Shown piece by piece: positions 36,031 through 45,668 of a stretch of DNA of 64,000 nucleotides. The DNA comes from a virus: positions 1-64,000 of IMG/VR virus record IMGVR_UViG_3300017728_000002; one strand, 5' to 3'. The notes below the pieces were generated by a model, which saw nothing but the letters and a program-made list of their open reading frames with translations, had not been told where the DNA came from and searched no databases. The stretch's first letter is position 1. Each line of letters opens with the position of its first letter. The translations under genes were made by a program, and so were the position numbers.

Positions 36031-38561
36031 TGGCTGATATAAGCAAAGTAAACGGGGTTGCTTTTTCTTCGATAGGGGGTATGAATGGCGTTGCTAAAGC
36101 AAGCATAGCAAGCCTTAATGGTCTTTCCGCTCCTTCAAGTACGGTTGCGCCTGTTGTTTTCTATGACGCAAAAAATGCTTCAAGCTACGGGGGATCAGGA
36201 ACGACATGGTCTGATTTGAAGTCGGGAGGTTATGATATGACTCTGACCAACGGACCCGTTTTCACTTCGGGCACTCCAGATCACTTTGATTTTGATGGTG
36301 TCAATGACATAGCTGTAAACAACAGCAACGGGCCGCAGATATTTGGGGCATCCAGTGCATACAGCTTCGAGGCTTGGGTAAGGTTGGATGGGTTGTTAAG
36401 CGCGTCAAGTACCACACCGATCTATTCTATCGCAAGTAAGTCGTCTAATAGCAACGCGCTTCCAGGTTGGAAGTGGACGCTTAGAAGCGGTTATTTTAAT
36501 GGCATGATGTTGCGGCTCGGAGAATCGGGTGCTACTGTTGACATAACACCAAGCAGTTCAGACTTTCTAACCGCTATAAACGACACAACGGACTTTCACC
36601 AAGTGGTCATTACAGTTGATGAGTCTACTGCTACTGCTTTTGTCTATGCTGACGGTACTCAATACTCTACGACTGTCATTAGTTATAGCGGCGGGACTTT
36701 AGGTCAGAACCGAAACAACACGAACAAATTGTGTTTAGCGCGTTATGCCGACGCAAGCTCGTCGTTTGAGTTTAATGGAGACATCAGCGAAGTTGCCATC
36801 TATGACAAGGTGCTTAGTCAAGCTGAAGTGACCGCGCTGTACAACGCAAAAGCAGCGAGCTTCGGAATATCTGTTTCCTCTTTTTCAGGTATTCTAGACA
36901 CTTACACGGGTTCGGCGGCGGCTTACTCTACGCGGCGCCTTGCAATCGCTACCACAATACTCATGCGTGTTCGCAGGGACAGCGACGATGCAGAATTAGA
37001 CATTGGCTTTGACTCAAACGGAGACCTAGATTCTTCAGCTATCGCCACCTTCGCAGGCAGTGCAAACGCTTTTGTGGTCACTTGGACGGACCAATCTGGA
37101 AACAGCAACAACGCTACGCAAAGCACGTCAGGCAGTCAGCCCAAGATTTATGACGGGTCGGCTGTGATTACAGAGAACGGCAAGCCAGCTTTAGACTTTG
37201 ATGGTACTATGGGTTTCGCAGTAAATCTGACTGCAACCTTTACCAACATAGGTATTTGGTCAGTGCATGCGGGAACAGACGGGGGAATGTTCGGAAGCTA
37301 TCCAGGTTCCTTTCCACGTCATTTTGTATCTCATGCCATGCAAAGTGGTTTTTACCGCAGCCGAATAAGAAATACAGCAAAGGCTATGCGAACCGTAGAC
37401 GTAGGCACAACAATTGACACGCAAGTATTACAGCATCTACACTATGACCGAACAAATTTAGGCGTAAGTATTGACGGTGGAACCTTGCAAACTATTACCG
37501 CAACAGTTGGGGATATTGCGACTTCAAGCAATGGTTTTAGGGTAGGTGGAAGTCCTAATGCATTTAGTCTAAATGGAAGCCTGCAAGAGCTTTTAGTTTG
37601 GAACGCTGACCAATCCAGCAACCGCAGCGCGATAGAAGGTAACATCAACGCTCACTATCAAATCGGAAACTTCGGTACGCCTACGTCTGGATTGCTTGCT
37701 ACCTACACAGGGGCTGCCGTAGCATACTCCGTGAGACAGTTAGCAAACACTGCTACTAAATCTATGCGTATTGTAGTAGATAGCGCATCCTCAGTAGGTA
37801 CTGTAAATTCTAGTGATCCACAATACGACATTGGGTTTGACGCTAACGGAGACTTAGACACGGCTGCCATTGTAACTGCGTGTAACAACCCGTCAGGAAC
37901 TAACTATGATGCTTACGTAGTAAAATGGTATGATCAAGCTAGCGTAGGCGGGACAAACGATGCGGCAAACTCAGGTTACACTACCCTGCCTAAAATAGCA
38001 GAGGCGGGAGTAGTAATTACTGAAAATGGAGAGCCCGCTATTGAATTTGGGGAAGGAGGTAACGCTAAGATTCTAGAGTTTGATGCTAACATGGCCGTTA
38101 GCCTTTATTACTCTGTTTTTGCCGTGAGGAAAGGCACGACTGCAAATGGTCAAATGTTTTTAGCCACTCAGGATGATAACAGATACTGGGCCGACCTTGG
38201 ATTAAGCGGGAACGACAAGCACCTTATGGATGGCTTTAATGGAGACAACGGAGACTACACTAACGAGTGGGCTCGGTATCGAAAAAATGGCTCTGCTGCT
38301 TTTTCAGGAATTACCACTCGATCAACGTATAAAAGCACATTCTATAACAACAATCAGTTGTTGATGTCATTTCTTACGGAGGGGACTGCTTTAAATAGGT
38401 CGGCAGTAACCGAGTTTTGTATTGGTGCATACCAAGGATTAATCCTTCCATTCCAAGGTACTTGTCAAGAGTTTATAATGTGGCAAGATTCTAGTAGCAA
38501 TCAGAGTAGTAACGCTTCGTCTATTGAAAGCAATATGACGACCCACTTTTCAATTTCATAA
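36030..38561 (+). CDS. Receptor-binding protein with LamG/concanavalin-A-like domains and a duplicated lectin-like module
   Basis: YDA.N.SSY.GSG.TW.DL, FDFDG.ND, F.G.ISEV.IYDK.LS..EV..LYN; two A.AAYS.R.L...IGFD.NGDLD modules. Confidence 0.8.
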   Translation: MADISKVNGVAFSSIGGMNGVAKASIASLNGLSAPSSTVAPVVFYDAKNASSYGGSGTTWSDLKSGGYDMTLTNGPVFTSGTPDHFDFDGVNDIAVNNSNGPQIFGASSAYSFEAWVRLDGLLSASSTTPIYSIASKSSNSNALPGWKWTLRSGYFNGMMLRLGESGATVDITPSSSDFLTAINDTTDFHQVVITVDESTATAFVYADGTQYSTTVISYSGGTLGQNRNNTNKLCLARYADASSSFEFNGDISEVAIYDKVLSQAEVTALYNAKAASFGISVSSFSGILDTYTGSAAAYSTRRLAIATTILMRVRRDSDDAELDIGFDSNGDLDSSAIATFAGSANAFVVTWTDQSGNSNNATQSTSGSQPKIYDGSAVITENGKPALDFDGTMGFAVNLTATFTNIGIWSVHAGTDGGMFGSYPGSFPRHFVSHAMQSGFYRSRIRNTAKAMRTVDVGTTIDTQVLQHLHYDRTNLGVSIDGGTLQTITATVGDIATSSNGFRVGGSPNAFSLNGSLQELLVWNADQSSNRSAIEGNINAHYQIGNFGTPTSGLLATYTGAAVAYSVRQLANTATKSMRIVVDSASSVGTVNSSDPQYDIGFDANGDLDTAAIVTACNNPSGTNYDAYVVKWYDQASVGGTNDAANSGYTTLPKIAEAGVVITENGEPAIEFGEGGNAKILEFDANMAVSLYYSVFAVRKGTTANGQMFLATQDDNRYWADLGLSGNDKHLMDGFNGDNGDYTNEWARYRKNGSAAFSGITTRSTYKSTFYNNNQLLMSFLTEGTALNRSAVTEFCIGAYQGLILPFQGTCQEFIMWQDSSSNQSSNASSIESNMTTHFSIS

Positions 38562-38986
38562 TGGCAAAAATTTATCTGCCTGTACAAGCTACAGAAGACA
38601 TGACCTCTGAAGAAAGGGCTATTGCAATCAACACTGAAGTGTATAGCCTTCGCAGACCTGATTCAATGAAGAATCCCGATGACGTTACGTTGATGTATTA
38701 CGGAACCATTACACACCCTGTAACAAATCAAGTGGCGCTGATTACCGATTCTGCAGATATGATTCGAATTCATCCTGAAGTAGACCTTACGGTTATGCTG
38801 TCACTAATGCCTGAGATTCCTCAAAATGAAAAGGACCAACTGTCGGCATACATTAACGCCAATCGTGGTGGGTCGGTTCCGTTTGGAACGTTTATCCCTA
38901 CAACTTCAGTGCAGTTGACAGAAGAAGAAGCTGATGCTGCGGGATGGATTCCTAGTCCAGACATGCTAAATCCTGAAAATTTTTAA
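38561..38986 (+). CDS. Hypothetical protein (fibre-associated)
   Basis: Coupled ORF, 141 aa. Confidence 0.65.
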   Translation: MAKIYLPVQATEDMTSEERAIAINTEVYSLRRPDSMKNPDDVTLMYYGTITHPVTNQVALITDSADMIRIHPEVDLTVMLSLMPEIPQNEKDQLSAYINANRGGSVPFGTFIPTTSVQLTEEEADAAGWIPSPDMLNPENF

Positions 38987-38989
38987 GAT

Positions 38990-39247
38990 ATGCGGGGTCA
39001 AGACAATAGGAACTATGTCATTGTAGGGTCTGTAGACATTGGGCTCATAGACTTCAGTGAAGTCATGGAAGACCCTAACTACTTGAAGTACTCTCTTGAC
39101 GGCACTCGGTTTATCGTAAAGTACGATGGGTCAATGCCGTTCAGCATTTCCTACTTGCCCAGCGCTTCTTATGAGTTTACTCATAGTGAGATTTTATCTG
39201 AAATAGCGACTGACTTTTGGCAACCTGACATTGACCCTGTTGAGTAA
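38990..39247 (+). CDS. Hypothetical protein (fibre-associated)
   Basis: IDFSEV.E....YSLDG..F.VKY.G..P...THSEIL......W pattern common in aquatic phages. Confidence 0.7.
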   Translation: MRGQDNRNYVIVGSVDIGLIDFSEVMEDPNYLKYSLDGTRFIVKYDGSMPFSISYLPSASYEFTHSEILSEIATDFWQPDIDPVE

Positions 39248-39483
39248 TGAATAAAGTAACATCTACTGTTCATTACACTTGGTTAGGAACTGATCCTAAA
39301 AAGACTTACATTATTCTAAGTCTTTATGACTCTAGTAAAGTAGAAGCTCCAAAGCGTAAAACTGAAGAGCTAGTTAAGAAGTACAGCGCCCGGATAGCCG
39401 GATTTATTGCAGCCATGTATTTCACAAACAATGAGGCAGCCCAAGAATGGTTGCGCGCATTGGCATATCTACTTCAACCATGA
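39247..39483 (+). CDS. Small membrane-associated protein
   Basis: Coupled ORF with a hydrophobic C-terminal segment. Confidence 0.5.
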   Translation: MNKVTSTVHYTWLGTDPKKTYIILSLYDSSKVEAPKRKTEELVKKYSARIAGFIAAMYFTNNEAAQEWLRALAYLLQP

Positions 39484-39638
39484 ACATCATTAACGGGTGG
39501 AAAAACGCGAACAAGCAATCTGACAAGTTTCAAGTCAAGTTGCGTTTAGGCCGTGTCACGGTATATGACTTTTTCTATGACACCTCTGATCGCAAAGGGG
39601 GATTGACCTTTATGAACTTTTCAATGAAGTTGGGATGA
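39480..39638 (+). CDS. Small hypothetical protein
   Basis: MNIINGWK... with ATGA overlaps. Confidence 0.55.
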   Translation: MNIINGWKNANKQSDKFQVKLRLGRVTVYDFFYDTSDRKGGLTFMNFSMKLG

Positions 39639-39763
39639 AGCGTGTAGGACAAGAATTGCTCTACAATTTTATTCTGGGGTTTTGTGTCTGCAGTGCTGTA
39701 ATCAATGTAATGCCTACAGGCAACGCTGCTTTGTCTAACCCTGTTTCAACCCTTCAGTTATGA
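39635..39763 (+). CDS. Small TM peptide (42 aa)
   Basis: Manual translation MKRVGQELLYNFILGFCVCSAVINV...; ATGA overlaps on both sides. Confidence 0.45.
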   Translation: MKRVGQELLYNFILGFCVCSAVINVMPTGNAALSNPVSTLQL

Positions 39764-40236
39764 CCGATAAAAAAGAGTGGTCAGAACGTCGCTTGGTAAA
39801 GTGGTTTTCTGACAACAAAGATGTTTTAGGCAAGTTTGCTACTGCTGCTTTGTCTGCTATTCCAGGAGGCGGTGCTGTTGCTAGCATTGCTTCAGAAGTG
39901 CTTGAAGCTAAAATTCTTTCTGACCAGAAGCATTATGAGTTAGAGAGTATGATGCTTAAGTACAAGACAGATGTAGAACGAAACACTACTCTGCGGTGGC
40001 AAAGCGACAACATGACTTCAGAGCGCTTGACCAAATTGGTTCGTCCGCTTAGTCTGCTTACGCTGTTAGGTACAATTGTGTTATTCACCTTTCTTGATGG
40101 ATGGACCTCGTGGGGATTTGATGTACCACAGTCATATACGGATATGATTCAATCTCTTGCACTGCTGGCCTTTGGTGCATACTTCGGGGGTCGGACAGTA
40201 GAAAAAATTCAAGACTTGCGCAATGCCAACTCTTAA
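39760..40236 (+). CDS. Holin (3TM/GTA-holin-like)
   Basis: RW..D....L.K.VRP, two TM helices, YFGGRTVEK ending. Confidence 0.8.
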   Translation: MTDKKEWSERRLVKWFSDNKDVLGKFATAALSAIPGGGAVASIASEVLEAKILSDQKHYELESMMLKYKTDVERNTTLRWQSDNMTSERLTKLVRPLSLLTLLGTIVLFTFLDGWTSWGFDVPQSYTDMIQSLALLAFGAYFGGRTVEKIQDLRNANS

Positions 40237-40855
40237 CCAGATCGCATACAACATCGCAGGCGCTGCAGACAAGAACACAGACACTGTGTTTATCAATCGC
40301 TTGAAGTTTCAAATTGAATACTTCCGGGCGTTGTTCTTGCGTCGGGATGCTCAGTCTAACATGAGCATTCCAGATGCTGTCATTCAAACGCGCATCATCG
40401 ATATGGAATGGGTTCCTGCAGTAGAAGCTTGTGGAGTAAGCCTCCCGTGTAAGATTCTTAAAAGCAAGGAAAAGCTGTGTGCTCCGATCAATCTAAAAGG
40501 GCAGACTGGGTTTGTCTATGTCGGAGCTGTAGGAGGCAGTTTAAGCTATCAATACGTTACTCCCGAACAGGTTGTGTATGCATTGAGCTCTAAGTGGACT
40601 GCAGGTCAGCCTAAGTACTTCTTTAAGGACAGGTACCTCTACGTAACGGAAGGAGCTCCCATGTGCCTTGAAGTACGCATGGCGTGTGAATCTCCTGCCA
40701 CCGGCGGCGAAGAAGGTGTCGATGGGTTAGGCTGTTTAGATCACGACGCTGAGTACCCAATCTCTATGGACATGGTTCAGCGGATTACAGAAGCCATCCT
40801 AGGACAACTTCAAGCAGACTCTCTACAAGACAATGGGCAAATTGAAATTGAATGA
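40223..40855 (+). CDS. Tail ring protein
   Basis: TLNQIAYNI...YR...; D..YPIS.DM...I, crAss ring pattern. Confidence 0.7.
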   Translation: MPTLNQIAYNIAGAADKNTDTVFINRLKFQIEYFRALFLRRDAQSNMSIPDAVIQTRIIDMEWVPAVEACGVSLPCKILKSKEKLCAPINLKGQTGFVYVGAVGGSLSYQYVTPEQVVYALSSKWTAGQPKYFFKDRYLYVTEGAPMCLEVRMACESPATGGEEGVDGLGCLDHDAEYPISMDMVQRITEAILGQLQADSLQDNGQIEIE

Positions 40856-41294
40856 ACAACGTTATGGTGCAAAGGACATGTACCAGGCGTTTGTAAAGAA
40901 GAACCCAGACACAGACATTACTTACCCTTTGTATCGAACGATACTAGAGAAGTTCAATGTCAAAGTAGCCGACCGCATCTTAGATGGAGAGGTGTTTAAC
41001 CTCGGTCATAGGCTTGGCATCATCTTCATTAAGAAGATTCGTAGAGCGCCTAAAAGCAAGGTGATCAATTGGAACGAGACTCACTTGATGTGGGAAGAGC
41101 AAGGAGAGAAGAAAGGCTTTGTCTACTATACAGATGATTTCTACTTCCGGTGGAATTGGGAGAAGCGTAAGGCTCAAGTCAAGAACAAGTCAGTGTACAA
41201 GTTTCAGCCTACAGGAGGGAAGATTGGATTGAAGAAAAAATTGGTGGAACGCTTAAGAAGCAACCCGTTTGCCGCAACCAACTACGCGTCATGA
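40833..41294 (+). CDS. HU/IHF-like protein of the crAss tail module
   Basis: G..FNLG.RLG.I.I.K and INW.ET motifs; typical position between ring genes. Confidence 0.65.
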   Translation: MGKLKLNEQRYGAKDMYQAFVKKNPDTDITYPLYRTILEKFNVKVADRILDGEVFNLGHRLGIIFIKKIRRAPKSKVINWNETHLMWEEQGEKKGFVYYTDDFYFRWNWEKRKAQVKNKSVYKFQPTGGKIGLKKKLVERLRSNPFAATNYAS

Positions 41295-42073
41295 ACTACC
41301 TACACATCTCTTCTAAAGCTGTCATTGCTAAGGTCTTCCGTGATCTTAAACCAGGAGACTCTTCCTGGACAATGGATGCAATAGAATGGCTGGGAGAGGC
41401 TTTAGATTTTATTGGGTTCCACGGAGTCTTTGATCATAAGGCTGCAGCACTTACAGTTAAGGATCACAAGACCGCTTTGCCCTGTGACCTATATCAACTC
41501 ATTCAAGTGGCGCATAATGGATGCGCTTTGGTATACGGCACTGATACCACTGGTTATACTGCAGATCATCGCGTTGCGTCTCCCGGAAATTCTGGTGGTC
41601 CTGTATATACTTCAGCAGTAGGCACTACAGTACCTACGGACGATCACAGCTCACCGGCTTTTACTTTAAAGTTTACCAAAGACCGAGGTACGTCAAACGA
41701 TTATTACCTCCTAAACGGAGGCAACCTGGTAACCAGCTTTGAGGAAGGTGAGGTTACTCTGTATTACACTGCATACCTCACCGATACCGATGGGTTCCCT
41801 TTGGTCCCTGACAACATTTACGTAAAGCAAGCACTAGAATGGTACATCATTCGACAGATGATGATGGGAGGCTTTGTCCATCCTGTATTCAATTGGGAAG
41901 TAGCCGATACCAAGTGGGGTCACTACTGTGTAGCTGCTCAAAACGACCTGAGTTTCCCGAGCATAGACAAGATGGAGACGATGAAGAACATGTTTGTTCG
42001 GATGGTGCCAAACATCAATCGTCACTCAGATTTCTTTATTGGGAATGAATCACAGGAGCGCCTGAAGAGATGA
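41291..42073 (+). CDS. Tail ring/tubular protein
   Basis: IEW.GEAL..IG, LPCDL, TSF..G.V.LYY.AY.TD.DG.P.VPD. Confidence 0.75.
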   Translation: MNYLHISSKAVIAKVFRDLKPGDSSWTMDAIEWLGEALDFIGFHGVFDHKAAALTVKDHKTALPCDLYQLIQVAHNGCALVYGTDTTGYTADHRVASPGNSGGPVYTSAVGTTVPTDDHSSPAFTLKFTKDRGTSNDYYLLNGGNLVTSFEEGEVTLYYTAYLTDTDGFPLVPDNIYVKQALEWYIIRQMMMGGFVHPVFNWEVADTKWGHYCVAAQNDLSFPSIDKMETMKNMFVRMVPNINRHSDFFIGNESQERLKR

Positions 42074-45000
42074 AGTTTTACAAGGGCCTCCGTACTGATA
42101 CTGCTCATGTAGATCAGCCGCAAGACAGTTACCGACGCGCACGTAACATCTTGCTAGACCACACTACGATGAGTGTGCGCACTGAAGGTGCTTTAAGTAA
42201 TGTGCCAGCTTTAGACCAGGCATACAACTTAGGACAAGACACCAACACCAACACGCTGTGTGGTCTAATCAGTTTGCCTCAAGATCGTCAGCTTGCCATT
42301 ATTCATGATGAGACATCAGGCAATCATGACCTGGTGATGGTAACCACTGACGACTACGCCTTGATTCAAACCGTGTCAGGTTATAGCTGGAGCGGTGCCA
42401 ACCCCATTAAAGGCGTTGCATATGAAGATGCTCGTGGTGATGTCATTGCTGTTTGGACAGATGGAGTTAACCGTCCGGTATACTCAAACCTAAACGCATC
42501 TGCCGTACAGGTTTATGACTTGTTTCCAACTGCCAACTTTCCCAACGCTATATCCCTCCCAACGGCTGGAGATCTGACAGGTACAATACCTAACGGAACG
42601 TATAGCTTCTTCATCGCTTATGAGGTAGACCTAGACAACATCACTACGTTTTCTCCTAGCTATGGCGTCTACAAGATTGGCCATGGCAGAGACAACAAAG
42701 ACATTAACACCACCATAGGACTTCGCTTTCAAGGGCTCGATACCAGCTATTCTAACTATCGCATCTATGCCATTCATGAACGCAATGGCGTGCGCAATGG
42801 TTACTACTTAGCAAAGCAGTCTACAAATGAGTCGGAGTTTAAATGGCATGGCGAAATCTTGTCTACAGATGTCAGCATTGATCAGCTTACGATCCCGCCT
42901 GGGTGGTATACTAAAGCTGAAACTTTAGCTGCACTAGATGACCGCCTGTACTTAGCGGGTTTAGAACGTACCGACACATTTGACGGTCAGTCTATTGCCG
43001 ATGCTATTACCATGCATTGGACCATTGACGGACAGCATCGCTATGATGGTGCCCCTCAATATGACCATGCGTGGAACAAGCAGTGGGGGTTGGCATTTCC
43101 TAACTTCCTAGTATCTGAAATTGACAAGCAGCGCAGTGTGTCCAGTCCCGAACATTACGGCACGGCAATGGGGTTTATGCCTGGTTGTGCCTATGCTTTT
43201 TACATTGCTTTTCTCCTCAAAGACGGCACGTGGAGCGAAGGGTATCCTATTTCTGCGGGTGCAAGTAATGCAGATCCTACCCTAGACTTGAGTCAAAATC
43301 CAGATACCATTTCTGACTCTAGCGTCTATTTAAATGGAGCTTTAGGTAGCCAGAGTAATGGGGCAGGCAGTTACTTGCATGTTATGCCTTCAGTGGAACA
43401 AGTGCATGATGCTTGGGACCATTACGCAGGAGATTCAAACGCGTGGGCTGCAGCTAACATTGGTATTGCAGGACGAAACGTAAGCATTCCGAGTGATGTC
43501 CAAGATTTAATTCAAGGGTACAGCTTCTTTTATGCTAAGCCCAATGCCAATACTCGCAATGTATTGGCTTATACCATGCTTGGTGATGTAGTGGATTCTG
43601 CAGTTTCTTACGATGTATATCTAGAAGCCAATAAGCCTACGTTCAATAGCGGAAAGCTTACGTGTGTGTACAGGGGTAACAATGGGTACTATAGTCCTAC
43701 AGTTAATCAGACCACCTATGACATTGATCAAGTAGAATACCTTCCGGGTAATGCTGCAGGAGTGGAAAATGACAATGACAATCGAGAAAACCGGCATTTC
43801 TTTTCTACAGACCCTGTGTTTAATGACAATACAGGTTTTAGTTCGTCTGTATTTGGGAGTGGTCAAGAAGGAAGCGAATTGAAATTTGGAACTACTCCGA
43901 ATGAAAAATGGACAGGGTATCCTTCTATGGCTTCTGCTGGTACCTCGTTTGAGAATGGGTATTGGAAAGTTTCTCAAACACCCGCCAATTGGTATGATAA
44001 CCTAGAGCAGCAGGAGCTTGTTGCATGCAGTCATATAGAGCGGTCTTTTACCTCGAGTCAAGGTCGTATTAGCTGGGGAGGGGATTGCGTAATTACTCCA
44101 AACAGGTATCGTGTATTGTCTATAACTGGAACGGCTGCTAACTCTCTTTCACCTGCTACCGGCGTTATTAAAAAAGCTTACTTCACATATAGCTACGCGC
44201 TTCAAGAGTTTGAGGATTTAACAGATCCCAATATTTTGTTAGAGCAACAGCAGTTGCTGTATGAAACAGAATCGACTTTAAACTATGCAGGATCTCCAGA
44301 GATCATGAACCCTGCACAAATACCAGGGCATATCTACAAGAAGAACGTAGATAAAAGTGCTTTTGCTACCACTAACGATACTCCAGTTAGTCAGTTTCCA
44401 AACCGCGTCACACGCAGTGCTAAGCAGAACTACGAATCCAACGCAATACAATGGCGCACGTTTGCTGTAGCAGACTACTATGACAACGCGCTGAATAAAG
44501 GGCCGATTAAAAACATCGAGTCTTATGCCGGAGAGCTTATCATCCACCACACTGACGGTCTATTTAAAACCACAGGTAAAGAGACCTTGGATACCTCTGC
44601 TGCTTCAGTCTTTGTAGGAAGTGGAGACATCTTTCGCACAGCACCGACAGATATACTTCCTACCGAAGAAGGTTATGCTGGACTGGCTAAACACTCTGAC
44701 GCTATGCTCACCAAGGGTGGCTATGTCTTTGTAGATGCAGTAGCCGGTAAGGTCTTTAAGCTTGACAGTCAGCTAAGCGACTTAAGCGCTAAAGGCATGC
44801 GCAAGTACTTTAGAGAGTCGTTCTCAATTGACCTTAACTCTACACATAGCCCTTTTACTCTAAACGGCTATGCCATCGGCTATGATCCAGTGTTTGATCG
44901 CGTGATCCTTACATGCTTACAGGGTAGTACAGACTTTCAAACCATTAGCTACAGCATCTTGCATGATTGCTGGGCTTCTCACCACACTTATAACATGCAA

Positions 45001-45507
45001 GCGTACGCCACCAACCGAACGAGCGTAATCGGATGGACAGGGGCTAGGTTCTCTACTATCAACGTAGGAGACAATCAAGCAGGCGCTTACATCGAGCCTA
45101 TTTTCAATCAAGGCGGGACTACATCTAAGATCTTTCAATCCTTTCAATGGACTACGCGTAGTACCGAAGGCGAAGGCGATTGGAATGCGAGTACGTTTGA
45201 TCAAGCTATTGTATACAATGATCGTGGCTTTAGTGGGGTCAAAGAGCTCAACGACAACATAAGGTGGGTAGAGGAGGGCTGGAACTTTAATGATTTTAGA
45301 AATCTTGTTCCTGATGCAAACCAAGGAGATCCCTTCTTTGATCAAGCTGGAAATGTTATAGCAACAATAGATATAAACAAGCCTTGGTACTCGCAACAGC
45401 GCATTCGTGGTGGGTATGCGGGTATACGTTTAATCGTTTTGCCAAGTGCAGGAACTACCTTATATTTAATTGAGGCACTAGCAAAGGTTAGAACTTCATA
45501 CAGGTAA
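42070..45507 (+). CDS. Tail muzzle/stabilisation protein (P22 gp10-like)
   Basis: 1145 aa; KGL.TD...YR.A.N, WTDG.N.P, GYDP...R, W.S.H.Y, RIRG.Y. Confidence 0.8.
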   Translation: MKFYKGLRTDTAHVDQPQDSYRRARNILLDHTTMSVRTEGALSNVPALDQAYNLGQDTNTNTLCGLISLPQDRQLAIIHDETSGNHDLVMVTTDDYALIQTVSGYSWSGANPIKGVAYEDARGDVIAVWTDGVNRPVYSNLNASAVQVYDLFPTANFPNAISLPTAGDLTGTIPNGTYSFFIAYEVDLDNITTFSPSYGVYKIGHGRDNKDINTTIGLRFQGLDTSYSNYRIYAIHERNGVRNGYYLAKQSTNESEFKWHGEILSTDVSIDQLTIPPGWYTKAETLAALDDRLYLAGLERTDTFDGQSIADAITMHWTIDGQHRYDGAPQYDHAWNKQWGLAFPNFLVSEIDKQRSVSSPEHYGTAMGFMPGCAYAFYIAFLLKDGTWSEGYPISAGASNADPTLDLSQNPDTISDSSVYLNGALGSQSNGAGSYLHVMPSVEQVHDAWDHYAGDSNAWAAANIGIAGRNVSIPSDVQDLIQGYSFFYAKPNANTRNVLAYTMLGDVVDSAVSYDVYLEANKPTFNSGKLTCVYRGNNGYYSPTVNQTTYDIDQVEYLPGNAAGVENDNDNRENRHFFSTDPVFNDNTGFSSSVFGSGQEGSELKFGTTPNEKWTGYPSMASAGTSFENGYWKVSQTPANWYDNLEQQELVACSHIERSFTSSQGRISWGGDCVITPNRYRVLSITGTAANSLSPATGVIKKAYFTYSYALQEFEDLTDPNILLEQQQLLYETESTLNYAGSPEIMNPAQIPGHIYKKNVDKSAFATTNDTPVSQFPNRVTRSAKQNYESNAIQWRTFAVADYYDNALNKGPIKNIESYAGELIIHHTDGLFKTTGKETLDTSAASVFVGSGDIFRTAPTDILPTEEGYAGLAKHSDAMLTKGGYVFVDAVAGKVFKLDSQLSDLSAKGMRKYFRESFSIDLNSTHSPFTLNGYAIGYDPVFDRVILTCLQGSTDFQTISYSILHDCWASHHTYNMQAYATNRTSVIGWTGARFSTINVGDNQAGAYIEPIFNQGGTTSKIFQSFQWTTRSTEGEGDWNASTFDQAIVYNDRGFSGVKELNDNIRWVEEGWNFNDFRNLVPDANQGDPFFDQAGNVIATIDINKPWYSQQRIRGGYAGIRLIVLPSAGTTLYLIEALAKVRTSYR

Positions 45508-45521
45508 TATAAATTACAAGT

Positions 45522-45668
45522 ATGGGTCGACCCAATCCTCGGCACGGTAGGGGACGTGGTAGGTTAAAAGCTAAGCCACAAAAGTCCAAGCGTGTCAAAC
45601 AGCAAATCAACAGCAGTACAGAACTCACTGTAACTCCATGGTTTCCTGAAGATGAGGAAGAAGATTAA
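45522..45668 (+). CDS. Small basic peptide with acidic tail (48 aa)
   Basis: Manual translation MGRPNPRHGRGRGRLKAK...EDEEED. Confidence 0.4.
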   Translation: MGRPNPRHGRGRGRLKAKPQKSKRVKQQINSSTELTVTPWFPEDEEED

